Positions 33,445 through 43,603 of a stretch of 64,000 bases of DNA are shown here, one piece after another. The notes beneath the pieces were generated by a model that was not told where the DNA came from, did not search any database, and saw only the letters and a list, made by a program, of their open reading frames with translations. The stretch spans positions 32,001 through 96,000 of IMG/VR virus record IMGVR_UViG_3300037466_003379. One strand, 5' to 3'. The position numbers and the translations under genes were made by a program. This DNA is from a virus. The first letter of the stretch is position 1. Each line of letters opens with the position of its first letter.

Positions 33445-35283
33445 TCAGACCTGGATGCCGAGCAGCTCGGCCGCGGCGGCGTTGCGGACCTTCTTCCACT
33501 GCTCGTGCGGCAGCTCGTGGAAGGGCTTGTCCTCGACGCCCTCGGGCAGGACAGTGCCGTCCGCGGTCTCGGTGACGCCGGAACCGGCGGTGACGACGTG
33601 CCCCTTGCGGCCGCCGATCGCACCAGCCTCAGCGGCGGTCTGGACGCCGTTGCGGACGCCCTCCTCGACGAGGCGGGCGATGCGCTGCTCCTGGGTCTCC
33701 TGCACCGGGGCGCCGATGCCGGCCTTCGCCAGCTGCTCGGCGACGAGGCGGGCGACGAGGGCCTCCTCGGTCTCCTGCACCGGGGCGGCCGGGGCGGCGG
33801 TCTCGGCGACGGGGGCCGCCGGGGCAGCGGTCTCGACGGGCGCGCCGGCGCCGACGAGCTCGGGGGTCGGGGCCGCCGCGGGGGCGGCCGGGGTCTGGGT
33901 GGCCAGCCACGCCTTGAACTGCTCGTCGGTCAGCGTGAAACCGGCGGGGGCGGCCGGGGCCGCCGGGGTGGTGCTGGTGGGCTCGGACACGCCGGGCTCC
34001 CCTTCCTTCTCGTTGACCTCCGCCGCGGGCGCGGCGTCGGGGGAGGGCTCAGCGGCCGCCTGGGCGGCCGGGTCTCCGTCGAGGTCCTCGTGGGCCTCGG
34101 CGGGCTCTGTGGCGTCCTCGGTGACGCTGGGCGCCTGCGAGGTGGTCTCGGAGGAGCCGTCGGGGTCGTCGACCGACGAGGCGCCGGGGACGTCGATGTC
34201 GCCGTCCATGTCGGGGTCGAGCAGCTCCAGCGCCTGCGCGGCGCCCTCCATCGCGGCCCGGCCGACCCGCGCGAGGTCGTGCGGGTCCATCGACCACGAG
34301 CTGATGTAGACCGACACCATGCCGTTGTCGAGGCGCACCGAGAACGAGCCCTGCGGCTCGGGCTCGCAGATCACCCCGGGCAGGCAGTCGAAGCACTCCG
34401 ACACCTCGGCCGGGGTGGGCGCGGCGCGCTCCATCAGCCAGCCGTTCGGGAGCGGCTCGACGCCGTGGGACTTGAGCGCCCGCTGGGTGCGCTCCCGGAC
34501 CCGCTTGAGCTGCGCAGCCGTGTAGGTCTCGGCGACCGCGGGGCTGCGGAGCTGGTGCCACGCAGCGCGGGCCTGACCGACGGTGTCGATCGGGAGCCGC
34601 GGCTCCGCGTGGTAGCTGGGGTCCGCGTACCGGGTCGGGGTGGTGGGGGCGGCCGGCGCAGCGGCAGCCTCCTCGGTGACGGGCTTGCCCACCAGGGCCT
34701 CCTGGACGGTCTCGTAGATCGGAGTCCGCGCGGCTGCGGTCTCCTCCGTGGTGGCGCCGTGGTCGAGCCGATCGACGGTGTCCACGACCGCGCCGACGAC
34801 GCCGGGCCGCGCGGTGTAGTCGAGGCCGTCGAGGTCGAGGCACTCGCCGACTTCGACGAGGCGGCCGTCGACGAGCTGCTTGCGGACCTCGCCCAGCCAG
34901 GCGCCGCGGATCGAGACGCCGCGCAGGAACGCGGGACCGTCGTTGTTGTCGATCAGTTCGAGGATCTTGCGGCCCTCGTCGGTGTCGACGATGTCGGCGG
35001 CGAACTTCGCCGCGCCGGACTCCACGCAGTACAGCTCGGTGAGGCGGCCGACGATCCGCGTCGAGTCGTCCTCTGCGGCGTGGTGCGTCCGCTGGGTCAG
35101 CGGGTGCAGGTCCTCCCCGGGCACCTTGTCGGTCTCCTCGGTGAGGAGCAGGTTCCCGGTGTCCAGGCGCGGCTGGGCGCGCTGCACGGCGTCCGCGATC
35201 AGCTCGCGGGTGTAGAGCCGCCCGTTGCGGGAGACCCCGGGGACCATCGCGGTCCCGGTCACGCGGGCGATCACCTTCGGCAC
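33445..35283 (-). CDS. Prohead protease/scaffold fusion
   Basis: GVSRNGRLY, GVSIRG, LDYTARPGV protease-like N-half; YADP...RLPIDT...ARAAW module; acidic Ala/Pro scaffold tail. Confidence 0.8.
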   Translation of the reverse strand: MPKVIARVTGTAMVPGVSRNGRLYTRELIADAVQRAQPRLDTGNLLLTEETDKVPGEDLHPLTQRTHHAAEDDSTRIVGRLTELYCVESGAAKFAADIVDTDEGRKILELIDNNDGPAFLRGVSIRGAWLGEVRKQLVDGRLVEVGECLDLDGLDYTARPGVVGAVVDTVDRLDHGATTEETAAARTPIYETVQEALVGKPVTEEAAAAPAAPTTPTRYADPSYHAEPRLPIDTVGQARAAWHQLRSPAVAETYTAAQLKRVRERTQRALKSHGVEPLPNGWLMERAAPTPAEVSECFDCLPGVICEPEPQGSFSVRLDNGMVSVYISSWSMDPHDLARVGRAAMEGAAQALELLDPDMDGDIDVPGASSVDDPDGSSETTSQAPSVTEDATEPAEAHEDLDGDPAAQAAAEPSPDAAPAAEVNEKEGEPGVSEPTSTTPAAPAAPAGFTLTDEQFKAWLATQTPAAPAAAPTPELVGAGAPVETAAPAAPVAETAAPAAPVQETEEALVARLVAEQLAKAGIGAPVQETQEQRIARLVEEGVRNGVQTAAEAGAIGGRKGHVVTAGSGVTETADGTVLPEGVEDKPFHELPHEQWKKVRNAAAAELLGIQV

Positions 35284-35302
35284 GGCAGCCCTCCTGTCGG
35301 GC

Positions 35303-35536
35303 TCACGGCGCCCCCTTTCTGGTCGGTGTGCGGCTCTGGCCGCGCCCGGGAGGGGACGGGCGCCTGGCGGGCTGTGGGGCCGGTCTGAGCCGGCCCGCGA
35401 GCGCCCGCGCGATGGCCTCCTGGACCTCGTCGAGGTCCAGGGCGTCGATGAGGCGGAGGACAAAGTCGACGTGGTCCTGATCCGCGGCGCGGGCGGCGGC
35501 GCGTTCGCGGGCCGGGCGCATCCGGGAGCGGGTCAC
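35303..35536 (-). CDS. Hypothetical protein
   Basis: GTGA coupling to the MuF stop. Confidence 0.5.
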   Translation of the reverse strand: MTRSRMRPARERAAARAADQDHVDFVLRLIDALDLDEVQEAIARALAGRLRPAPQPARRPSPPGRGQSRTPTRKGAP

Positions 35537-37083
35537 GAGTCGACGTCCCCAGCGGCGAGCGCCTCGTCGCTGGTGTACCGGGATAGGTTCATCGCCCGGA
35601 TCACCTCGAGCGGGTCCGCGGGCATGAGGACGCACCGGCAGTAGGGGTGCAGCCCGGGGTGCGGGACCTCGCGGATGTTCCACGGGTTCTTCGACTCGAC
35701 GTCCAGGCAGAGCGGGCACACCCGGGCGCCACCGGCGGTCACGTAGTCGACGGTCTGCACGCCCTCGCGGGCGTAGAGGGTGGTGGCGCCGCGGGAGAAG
35801 GACTGCGACATGGCCAGGTCGATGATGGTGTCGACCGACCGGAACGCCTCGCTGTCGAGGACGTCCGCGGCCGCGGCCTGCATGTCCTCGAAACTGCCGC
35901 CTTCCCGGGCGACCGCGGCGAGCGCGTTGCCCAGGTCGGACGCCTGTCCGTCGAGGACCCGGCCGAGCCAGCTGACCTCATCCCCGACGGTGTCGCCGAG
36001 GGAGCCGAGCGCGGCGTAGGCGTCCTCAAACGCCAGGTCGAAGCTGACCGTTGCGGCGCCTTGCTGCTCGGCGGCGATGGCGACCCCGGAGGCGTAGCCC
36101 TCGGCCTCGCCGTCCTTGAGTGCGGCGCCGATCGCCGCGGCGGTGGCCTGGTAGTCGGGGGAGGCCGGGTAGATCACCGTGTGGAGCCCCGCCTCGGCCT
36201 CCGCCCGGGCGGCCGCGGTCTGGCCCTGCTTGTCGGGGCCGGAGTCACCGGGCGCGGCCTCAGTGACCATTCCGAGCTGCTTGCGGAGCTTCCGGATGAT
36301 GCCGTCGACGTCCACGTGGGACATCAGCTGCCGCCACGCTACGGAGATCGCCGCGGTGTGCTTCGCGACGAGCTGCTCGCGCCGCTGGTACAGCTCCGCC
36401 CAGGTGCCAGCGAGGGTGCCGAGCTGGATCGTGGCGGCGAGCGCCGCGTCGGTGTCGTCGGCCTCGTGGACGATCCGGATCGCTGCCTCGCACGCAGCGT
36501 GGACGCGCTCGGTCATCGGCCCCCCGGAGAGCGCCCAGCCGTGCGCGAACGCCTCCCGGGCGGCGGTGGTGAGCGCGTCGACCAGTGGGATGACCGTGGA
36601 GACCCCGGCGAGTTTCACGAGGATGCGGTCAAACACGACCGGTCCCGTGTAGGTGAGCTGAGAGGCGTCCAGGCCGTACCCGACGGTCACATGGGGCAGA
36701 TACGGCGTGTGCTGCGGGTGGTGGTCGTCGCCGAGGAGCTCGGCGCACCGGTCGGTGATCTCCTCGTGCAGCGGGGCCAGCACGTCGCTGTCGCCGATGA
36801 GGTGCACCGCGCACTGGGCGTCCTGGCCGGGCGCGAAGGTGGCGTGCCCAACCACCCGGGCGGCGATCGGGCCGTCGATGTCGGCAGCGGCAGCGCGGGC
36901 GGCGATGACCACGCCGTCGCGGCGGTGGGCGTCCCAGCCGGTGATGTCGGAGCCGAGGAACTGCAGCGTCAGATGGATCTGCTCGACGGCCTCGGCGCCC
37001 TCGACGTCGACGGCCAGGGCGTCGGGGTCGGCGGGGAGGAGAGCGATCATGCCGCCCTTCGACTCGGTGTCCTGGTCGGCCAC
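35533..37083 (-). CDS. 2H phosphoesterase fused to MuF-like minor head protein
   Basis: Two HxT motifs (IHLTLQFLG, LPHVTVGY); C-terminal RVCPLC...PGLHPYCRC. Confidence 0.85.
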   Translation of the reverse strand: MADQDTESKGGMIALLPADPDALAVDVEGAEAVEQIHLTLQFLGSDITGWDAHRRDGVVIAARAAAADIDGPIAARVVGHATFAPGQDAQCAVHLIGDSDVLAPLHEEITDRCAELLGDDHHPQHTPYLPHVTVGYGLDASQLTYTGPVVFDRILVKLAGVSTVIPLVDALTTAAREAFAHGWALSGGPMTERVHAACEAAIRIVHEADDTDAALAATIQLGTLAGTWAELYQRREQLVAKHTAAISVAWRQLMSHVDVDGIIRKLRKQLGMVTEAAPGDSGPDKQGQTAAARAEAEAGLHTVIYPASPDYQATAAAIGAALKDGEAEGYASGVAIAAEQQGAATVSFDLAFEDAYAALGSLGDTVGDEVSWLGRVLDGQASDLGNALAAVAREGGSFEDMQAAAADVLDSEAFRSVDTIIDLAMSQSFSRGATTLYAREGVQTVDYVTAGGARVCPLCLDVESKNPWNIREVPHPGLHPYCRCVLMPADPLEVIRAMNLSRYTSDEALAAGDVDS

Positions 37084-37086
37084 GGC

Positions 37087-37260
37087 TCACCTCCTCCGGA
37101 GTGGCGCGGCGATTCGCCGGCGAAGCCGAGCGGCCCAGCCCTCTGCTCGCTCGAAGCGGGGGCAGAGGGCCGGGCCGCAGGCGCCACAGTCGGCGCCCGG
37201 ACGGAAGTGCTCGTGAGCGTCACGGGGGTGCCCGCAGCGGGGACGGGCGCAACTGCTCAC
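37087..37260 (-). CDS. Small Cys/His-rich protein
   Basis: CxxxxCGH...H...CxxC...C. Confidence 0.5.
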   Translation of the reverse strand: MSSCARPRCGHPRDAHEHFRPGADCGACGPALCPRFERAEGWAARLRRRIAAPLRRR

Positions 37261-37265
37261 AGAGA

Positions 37266-37457
37266 TCACCTCCGGGTCGGTGGGGTGCGGAAACCGAAGC
37301 TGGCGTGCTCGTCGCAGTGCTCCAGGACGTGGCCGAGGACCGCGGCGTGGGATCGGTCCGTGCCGCCGCGCGTGCACGTCGACCAGCCGCACGTCCAGCG
37401 CCACCAGTGCTGGGCGTCGTCCTCGCGCCAGATCGTGGAGCGGTTCGGGGTCCTCAC
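37266..37457 (-). CDS. Small Cys/His protein
   Basis: WRWTCGWSTC; in operon. Confidence 0.45.
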   Translation of the reverse strand: MRTPNRSTIWREDDAQHWWRWTCGWSTCTRGGTDRSHAAVLGHVLEHCDEHASFGFRTPPTRR

Positions 37458-37726
37458 CCGTCCCGCAGGGCGGCGACGAGGTCGGACAGGTCCGTCGGGT
37501 CGGGCTCGGGTTCCTCGGGCGGCTCGGGCGCGAGGAACACCGGGTAGAGCGCCCCGGCGGCCGCCGTGTCGCGGGCGTCGACCCGCCCGGTCCGGAACGG
37601 CGGGTAGCGGCGCGTGGTCGTCACGCGATCTCCTTCGGGACCAGGGCTGCCACGTCGGAGGCCCGGAGCGGGTGACCCTCGCCGTCGTCGAACGGCAGGT
37701 GCGCGTGCTCCGGTTCCTCCGGCGGG

Positions 37727-39442
37727 TCAGGCTGCGGTGTAGTCACGGGCTCGGTCGGGCAGCTCGGTCATCGCGCGCCTGATCCGGTCGCGGTAGGACT
37801 CGCGGATCGGGCGGCCCGTGCGGGACTCTCGTGCGGGCCGCCCCTTCCCCTTGCTGCCCTTCGTGTTCGGGGGCTTCGGGGAGGATCCGCCGTCGGGCTT
37901 GGCTGGGGTGGGCTGATCGTCGTCGTCCTCGTCCTCAGCGTCGCCGTCAGCGGCCTGTCCGGGTGCGGGCGGGGTGTCCTGCCCGGCGAACGCCTGGAGG
38001 GCGTCTGGGACCGGTTCGGGCTCCGGCTTGATCAGCTTGAGCGGGGTGTCCTCGTCGCCGGGCTCGTCGGGCTCGAACGCGGTGCCCTGCAGGACCTTCG
38101 CGATGTTCGCCTTGCCGTAGGCGTCCATGTCGCGCCACGGGATTACGCCGGCCTTGTCGACGAGGATCGCGGCGTCTCCGCCGTCGACCGGGGGCTCGCC
38201 GACGTCGGTGCGGGCCTTGTTCAGCGTCCAGATCCCGTTCCGGATCCGCATGTCGCGGATCTTCTCGACGGTCTCCGAGTCCCGCATGTCGACCTCGTCG
38301 AAGCGCAGCGCCCAGTCGGCGATGCCGAAGGCGTCGAGGAGGACGTAGTTCAGCTTCTCCAGCACCAGGGCGGCGATCGGCTGGCAGGTGTTGATCAGGA
38401 AGGACTTCCGCTGGCTCTCGCCGGTGCCACCGCCGAGGTTCCCGGACTCGATGATCCCGACCTCGGCCGGGGGCACGCCGTAGGTGGAGACGATGATGTC
38501 GCGCTGCTGGTCGAGGGTGTGGAGGATCTCCTCGATCCGGGAGGGCTGCAGCTCGGTGACCGTGCCGCCGCCCTTCGTCACGACCGGGCGGCCGATGTTC
38601 TTCGGCCCGACGTTGCGGGTCATGTGCTGGTCGATCCACTTCTGCTGGTCGACCGGGTTGATCGACGCAGGGTGGTCGACGTGCAGGTTCGCCGGCAATC
38701 CCTTGCGGAACAGCTCCTGCAGTGTGGCCATCGTGAACAGCCACACCTTGATCGGCAGCTGCGCGGCGAAGGTGGGGGACACCCCGAAGACGCCGGAGCG
38801 GGGCGCGTCGAGGCTGATGTGGATGACCTCGTGCGGCTCGAACTTCGCCTTGGCGCCGTTCGGGGTGACCTGCACGTAGCCGGTGATGTTGCCGTGGGTG
38901 TCCGCCACTGGGGTCGTCGACGGGCAGTCCAGGGAGTACATCGCGACCGGGATGCCACCCGCCCACACCAGCTCGATGTAGCTGTCGCCGAAGACCAGGA
39001 GGTCTGCGATGACGGAGCGGAGCAGCTGCACCATGTCCTCGCGCGGGTTCACCCAGCGCAGCAGCCGCTCGCACTCCAGCACCTGGCGGGGCTTCTCCGG
39101 AGTCTCCTGGTCGCCCTCGCCGTCGTCACCGACCCACTCGAACGCCAGGCCGCCACCGGTGATGGTCTTCGCGACCGCCCCGACCGACGCCCACGCCCAG
39201 GGGCAGGCGAGATAGGCGTCGTATAGGTCCGTCATCAGCGTCTGGCGGTCGTCGCCGCCCGCGCTGTCGGCGGTCGCGTTGGTCTCGTTGAGGCCCTGCG
39301 GCGGGATGCCGATCTCGTAGCCGCGGCGCGCCACTGTCGCCGAGACGGCGGGCCCGGGCTGGGCCTTCGCTTCGGTGACCGGGGCTCCGGCTTCCCACCG
39401 CTCGACCAGTGCGGCGCGAGCCCAGTTCGTGAGCCTGCTCAT
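37727..39442 (-). CDS. Portal protein (HK97-like)
   Basis: DLLVFGDSY, FEPHEVIH, FGVSP, YGVPPAEVG, WTLNKAR; ATGA overlap with terL. Confidence 0.93.
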   Translation of the reverse strand: MSRLTNWARAALVERWEAGAPVTEAKAQPGPAVSATVARRGYEIGIPPQGLNETNATADSAGGDDRQTLMTDLYDAYLACPWAWASVGAVAKTITGGGLAFEWVGDDGEGDQETPEKPRQVLECERLLRWVNPREDMVQLLRSVIADLLVFGDSYIELVWAGGIPVAMYSLDCPSTTPVADTHGNITGYVQVTPNGAKAKFEPHEVIHISLDAPRSGVFGVSPTFAAQLPIKVWLFTMATLQELFRKGLPANLHVDHPASINPVDQQKWIDQHMTRNVGPKNIGRPVVTKGGGTVTELQPSRIEEILHTLDQQRDIIVSTYGVPPAEVGIIESGNLGGGTGESQRKSFLINTCQPIAALVLEKLNYVLLDAFGIADWALRFDEVDMRDSETVEKIRDMRIRNGIWTLNKARTDVGEPPVDGGDAAILVDKAGVIPWRDMDAYGKANIAKVLQGTAFEPDEPGDEDTPLKLIKPEPEPVPDALQAFAGQDTPPAPGQAADGDAEDEDDDDQPTPAKPDGGSSPKPPNTKGSKGKGRPARESRTGRPIRESYRDRIRRAMTELPDRARDYTAA

Positions 39443-41013
39443 TCGACGATGACCACCTTCCCGCGGATGCCCGCAGCCGGTGTGACGGGGAGGTTGCCCT
39501 CGCTGTCGGGGAGGACGGCGATGCGGCCGCCAGCGAGCGGGACGCCGAGGTGCTCGGGCATCCCGTGAAGCGTCGCCGGGACGTTCGGGTCGGGATCGGG
39601 CTCGAGGTAGAACTCGGTGCGCCCGCCGATTGCCATCAGCATGTAGCGGAGGGCGTCGTACTGGTGGTCCTCGCCTCGGGTGTCGACGTCCTCGACGTGC
39701 CGCGGGTCGTAGGGCAGGTTCGGCAGGGTCCGGGTGAGCTCGGGCGCGGTGCCCTGGAGGACGTGCAGCATCGGGCACTCGTCGAGGCCCTGCTCGCGGT
39801 GGTAGCGGCAGGCCGGGCCGTTGGCCAGGTAGGAGTGGACGCGCTGCTTGCCGACGAGCCGGTCGTTGTCGGCCGGGATGACGACGACGCCCTCCGCGGC
39901 GTACTGGTCGGCGACGGAGAGGGCCTCACCGGAGCGCTGCCACATTGCGGGGTCGGCGGAGCGGACACCGACGATCTCGTCCGCCGGCTCGGCGGCGAGG
40001 ATGCGCCGGGCCTGCTCGCGCTCGATGACCTTCGTTGCGGTGACCTCGCGGTAGATCCAGACGCGGCCGTCCTGGTCCTGCGCGCCCCAGAGCACTGCCC
40101 AGGGGGCGGCGAAGCCGTAGTCGATGCCGTTGTAGCGCGGCCACCCGGCGGGGATGGCGAACCGGGGGACGATGTGCAGGTCCACGTTCCACTCCTCGAA
40201 GACCTGGCCGCTGAACGCCGTCCAGGAGCCGTCCCGGAAGGCGGCGCGCATGGCGTCGGGGAGCGCGTCGAGGTCCTGCGCGTACTCGGGGTTGACGTGC
40301 GGGTTGTCGGACAGCTTCGACGGGATGAACCGCACGGTCCGGTTCCGCTTGTCCGTGATGATCTTCGTGCCGTTGTCGGTGGCATCGACGTAGCGGCGCT
40401 TCACGTCGCCGTGCCCGATCCCGCCCGGGTTCGTGCCCGAGCGGATGCCGATCACCGGGATGTCCTCGCGGCCCGAGCGGAGCCGGGACTCAAGGAAGGA
40501 GCACACCTCGGGCGGCGTCAGGGTGCGCTCGTCGAACAGGAGCAGCTGGTACTGGCCGCCCTGGCGGCGGGTGGCGTCGACCAGGGTCTCGGCGTACCGG
40601 AACATGATCCGGGAGCCGTTCGGGAACGTCAGGTTGTACTTCGTGCCGTTCCACTGGGCGCCGAGGACCTTCGCGAACCCGAAGTTCGACAGCTCGGCGA
40701 GCATCGACTCTTCGAGCTCGCTGTAGGTCCGGCGGAAGGCGCCGACGCGGATGCCCGGGTAGCGGACGCAGGCTTTGATGCCCTCCATGACCAGCGCGAC
40801 CGTCTTGCCGCCACCGGCGGCGCCGCCGTAGAGGACGTCGAACTCGGTCGCCTCGTGGAACAGGGCTTGCCGCTCGGTCGGGACGTACTCCAGCTCGGCG
40901 AACACGTCGCGCTTGGACAGGGCGACCGCGGCGCGGCGTTCCTTCTCCCGCTGGAGCGTCCGGAGCTGGCGGAGCTTCTCCAGGCGGACCCGTTCGAGCA
41001 TGGACGCCGGCAC
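39439..41013 (-). CDS. terL: Terminase large subunit
   Basis: YGGAAGGGKT, LLFDE, TNPGGIGH, GIDYGF, DHQYDALRY. Confidence 0.95.
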   Translation of the reverse strand: MPASMLERVRLEKLRQLRTLQREKERRAAVALSKRDVFAELEYVPTERQALFHEATEFDVLYGGAAGGGKTVALVMEGIKACVRYPGIRVGAFRRTYSELEESMLAELSNFGFAKVLGAQWNGTKYNLTFPNGSRIMFRYAETLVDATRRQGGQYQLLLFDERTLTPPEVCSFLESRLRSGREDIPVIGIRSGTNPGGIGHGDVKRRYVDATDNGTKIITDKRNRTVRFIPSKLSDNPHVNPEYAQDLDALPDAMRAAFRDGSWTAFSGQVFEEWNVDLHIVPRFAIPAGWPRYNGIDYGFAAPWAVLWGAQDQDGRVWIYREVTATKVIEREQARRILAAEPADEIVGVRSADPAMWQRSGEALSVADQYAAEGVVVIPADNDRLVGKQRVHSYLANGPACRYHREQGLDECPMLHVLQGTAPELTRTLPNLPYDPRHVEDVDTRGEDHQYDALRYMLMAIGGRTEFYLEPDPDPNVPATLHGMPEHLGVPLAGGRIAVLPDSEGNLPVTPAAGIRGKVVIVE

Positions 41014-41034
41014 CGTGCACCGCCCCCCGGAGGC

Positions 41035-41457
41035 TCAGTCGTCGTCGGTGCTCGCCAGCTCCTCGACGAGGTGGGCGATCTGCGCGTCGATGGCGTCGAT
41101 GGTGAGCAGCTCGTGCCGCTTCGGGGCTTCGAGGCCGAGGGTCTTCGAGATGTCCATGACGATCTTTCGGCACACCTCGGAGGCCTGTGTGTCGCCCTGC
41201 AGCGCGCGCGGCCAGTTCGCGACGAGCAGCCGTTCGAGGCGGGCGAGCAGGAGGTGCCGGTGGACCTCGACCGCGGCGGCCTCCTCGGCGACGTACTTCT
41301 CCATCGCCCTGGTGACGTCGGTGCAGGCCGCGCCGCGGGAGGCGTAGCCGAGCTGGTCCGCGATCTGCTGCCAGTCGGCTCCGGCGGTTCGCATCTTGAT
41401 CGCGTCAGTGCGGCGTTTCGCCGTCTTGGCGCGCTGCGCCTTGCTGGCGCCGGGCAT
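41035..41457 (-). CDS. terS: Terminase small subunit
   Basis: HTH AGADWQQIADQLGY; directly upstream of terL. Confidence 0.8.
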   Translation of the reverse strand: MPGASKAQRAKTAKRRTDAIKMRTAGADWQQIADQLGYASRGAACTDVTRAMEKYVAEEAAAVEVHRHLLLARLERLLVANWPRALQGDTQASEVCRKIVMDISKTLGLEAPKRHELLTIDAIDAQIAHLVEELASTDDD

Positions 41458-41499
41458 GGGGACCTCCCAGGGTGGTCGTGCTCGCCCCGGGAGGGGCCG

Positions 41500-41919
41500 T
41501 CAGCGGGTCAGGGTGAGGGTGTGGAGGTATCCGGGTCCGGGTCCGGGTGCGGGCCGCCAGAGGCCGTCAGGCCAGCGGCCGGACAGGATGCCGGAGCGGA
41601 CCTGGCCGAAGCCTTCCCGCTGGGTGAGCGGTGGGGCCTGCCATCCGGCCGCGACGCGGTCGAGGTACTCCGCCCAGATGGCGCGGTAGCGGAACCGGCA
41701 GTGCAGCAGCAGATGGCAGGTGATGCACAGCGGCTCGTAGGTGTGCGGCTGGTCGTAATCCTCGAGGTGGCCGTGGATCGCGCCGTGCTCCTGCGCGCAG
41801 GCCGAGCAGAGGGTCGGACGAGGCCAGGCGGGGTCGCCGGAGTCCCACTGCTGGTTGAGGAAGCGCTGGACTGCCTCGCGCTTCTCCGGGGAGTGGCCGT
41901 TGTACCAGGACAAGCCCAT
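41500..41919 (-). CDS. HNH-like endonuclease
   Basis: CSAC...HGHLEDY...LCITCH; next to terS. Confidence 0.7.
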   Translation of the reverse strand: MGLSWYNGHSPEKREAVQRFLNQQWDSGDPAWPRPTLCSACAQEHGAIHGHLEDYDQPHTYEPLCITCHLLLHCRFRYRAIWAEYLDRVAAGWQAPPLTQREGFGQVRSGILSGRWPDGLWRPAPGPGPGYLHTLTLTR

Positions 41920-42002
41920 CGGGGTCCTAGCCTCCTTACGTAGCGTACCGCAAAAGCGTACCATGCGTGACCAGCGGATACGCTTAGCGACACGCCCCTA
42001 CG

Positions 42003-42374
42003 TCAGGAGACCCAGGCGTCACCAGCCGGACCTTCGATCCGCGCGCGAGCGATGACGTGCTCGACGGTCATGTGCTCTGGGCAGAGCGGCACCACGCCGT
42101 AGCCGTCGTCTCCCCACTCTGCGTAGCCCTGAGTCGGGCTCGGGCATCGCTGGCCGTTCGGGCGGGCCTGACAGCTGGTCCAGCCGACTCGGCCGGCGTC
42201 CAGCCGGATGGTCTGCTCCCGGAGGTAGCGGCCGTAGCACTCGCGGGCCTCCGCCTCGGTGGCGTGCGGCTCGTGCTCGGCGCAGTAACCGAGCGGCTGT
42301 CCGCCTCGACTGCTCATGCTGGCGTAGTGCCAGCCTCCGCCCTCGCCCCGCTGGGCAGCGGTCTTGTATCGCAT
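42003..42374 (-). CDS. Cys/His-rich hypothetical protein
   Basis: GAAGGGGA RBS; GYCAEH...HAT...ECY. Confidence 0.6.
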   Translation of the reverse strand: MRYKTAAQRGEGGGWHYASMSSRGGQPLGYCAEHEPHATEAEARECYGRYLREQTIRLDAGRVGWTSCQARPNGQRCPSPTQGYAEWGDDGYGVVPLCPEHMTVEHVIARARIEGPAGDAWVS

Positions 42375-42440
42375 GACTGAGTCCCCTTCCTCTGCAGTTC
42401 CGGGGTCCACCCCAGCGCCGCTGAGGTGGCCGTCAGCGCG

Positions 42441-43043
42441 TCAGCCCGAGGCGACGAGGTGGTAGAGCGGGCCCCGCCAGGCGACGGCCTTGAACGACGG
42501 GCCGAGTGCTCGCGCCTCGTCCGCCGCGGACGCCAGCGGGTGCGTGGAACGCTTCGACACCTGCCGCCCCTCGAGCAGGATGTTGCGCACCCCCGAGGCG
42601 CGCAGCACCTCGACCAGGCACGCGAAGTCCTTCTGGGTGCCACCCATCGCGTCCCACAGCTCCGGGAACGCCCGCCGTGCCACGACCGTCCGGACCGGCT
42701 CCGTGGCCGTCAGGCGGCCGCTCAGCCACTCCGCCAGGTCGTCGAGCGTGTCCGGTCCGATCTTCAAGGGCATCAGCGGGATGTGCTCGTACACCCTGTT
42801 CTGCCGCCCGAGCTCCAGCCCGGGCCCGGGCTGCTCGACCGCGCGGACCCGGTAGCCGGCCTGTGCGAGCTTCCGCCCCAGCAGGCCCGTCGACGAGCAC
42901 AGGTCGAGGACGTGGCCCTCCTCTGGGCCGACGTTCTCCCGGACCCACGCCGTGATCGGCACATGGATCTTCGGGTAGTCGCCGCGCTCGACCCACGCGG
43001 TGACGTACTCCTCGGCGTCGAACCGCGTCGAGCCGGCGCTCAC
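42441..43043 (-). CDS. Class I SAM-dependent methyltransferase-fold protein
   Basis: HVLDLCSSTGLLG...VRAVE; GTGA coupled to the IbrB-like gene. Confidence 0.7.
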   Translation of the reverse strand: MSAGSTRFDAEEYVTAWVERGDYPKIHVPITAWVRENVGPEEGHVLDLCSSTGLLGRKLAQAGYRVRAVEQPGPGLELGRQNRVYEHIPLMPLKIGPDTLDDLAEWLSGRLTATEPVRTVVARRAFPELWDAMGGTQKDFACLVEVLRASGVRNILLEGRQVSKRSTHPLASAADEARALGPSFKAVAWRGPLYHLVASG

Positions 43044-43603
43044 TTCTTCCCGCCCGGCTTCTTTCCGTCCTCCGCCGGGTACCAGGCGGGGGAGTAGGCC
43101 CAGTCCTTGATCCCCTTCGCGGCGAACACGCCGTCCTGGGCGAGCAGGTTGACCTCGTCGAGCGTCGCGCCGATCTCCTTCGCGATCTGCTGCGGATCGA
43201 GGTGATGCTCTTCGACCAGCTCGCGGACGATCGCCGACATGTGCACCGCGACGTGCGAGCCCTTGGCCCGGTTGATCCGGATGGTCATCAGCATCGCGGC
43301 GGGCCGGTCGAGGTTGAGCACCGCGACCGGGACGTGGCCGTCCCAGCGGTCCCGGATGGCCCGGGAGTCCTGGGCGAGGCGCCACCGGTGGAACCCGTCG
43401 ATGACGAGGCCCTCCGGGTTGGCCAGGATCGGCTGCAGCCAGCCCGTCGACAGCACCGAGTGCTCGAGGAGCCGCAGCTCGGCCTTGTGGACCCTGTTCG
43501 GGTTCCACCCGTTCGCCTCCAGCGTGGTCGCGGGGACCCACTGGACGTGATCGATCGGGTCCTTCCCCTCCGGAGTCGGCGTCAGCGTCGCCACCGTCGT
43601 CAC
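43040..43603 (-). CDS. IbrB-like ParB/sulfiredoxin-domain protein
   Basis: ANGWNPN, GWLQPI, VIDGFHR, TIRINRAKGSH. Confidence 0.85.
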   Translation of the reverse strand: MTTVATLTPTPEGKDPIDHVQWVPATTLEANGWNPNRVHKAELRLLEHSVLSTGWLQPILANPEGLVIDGFHRWRLAQDSRAIRDRWDGHVPVAVLNLDRPAAMLMTIRINRAKGSHVAVHMSAIVRELVEEHHLDPQQIAKEIGATLDEVNLLAQDGVFAAKGIKDWAYSPAWYPAEDGKKPGGKK

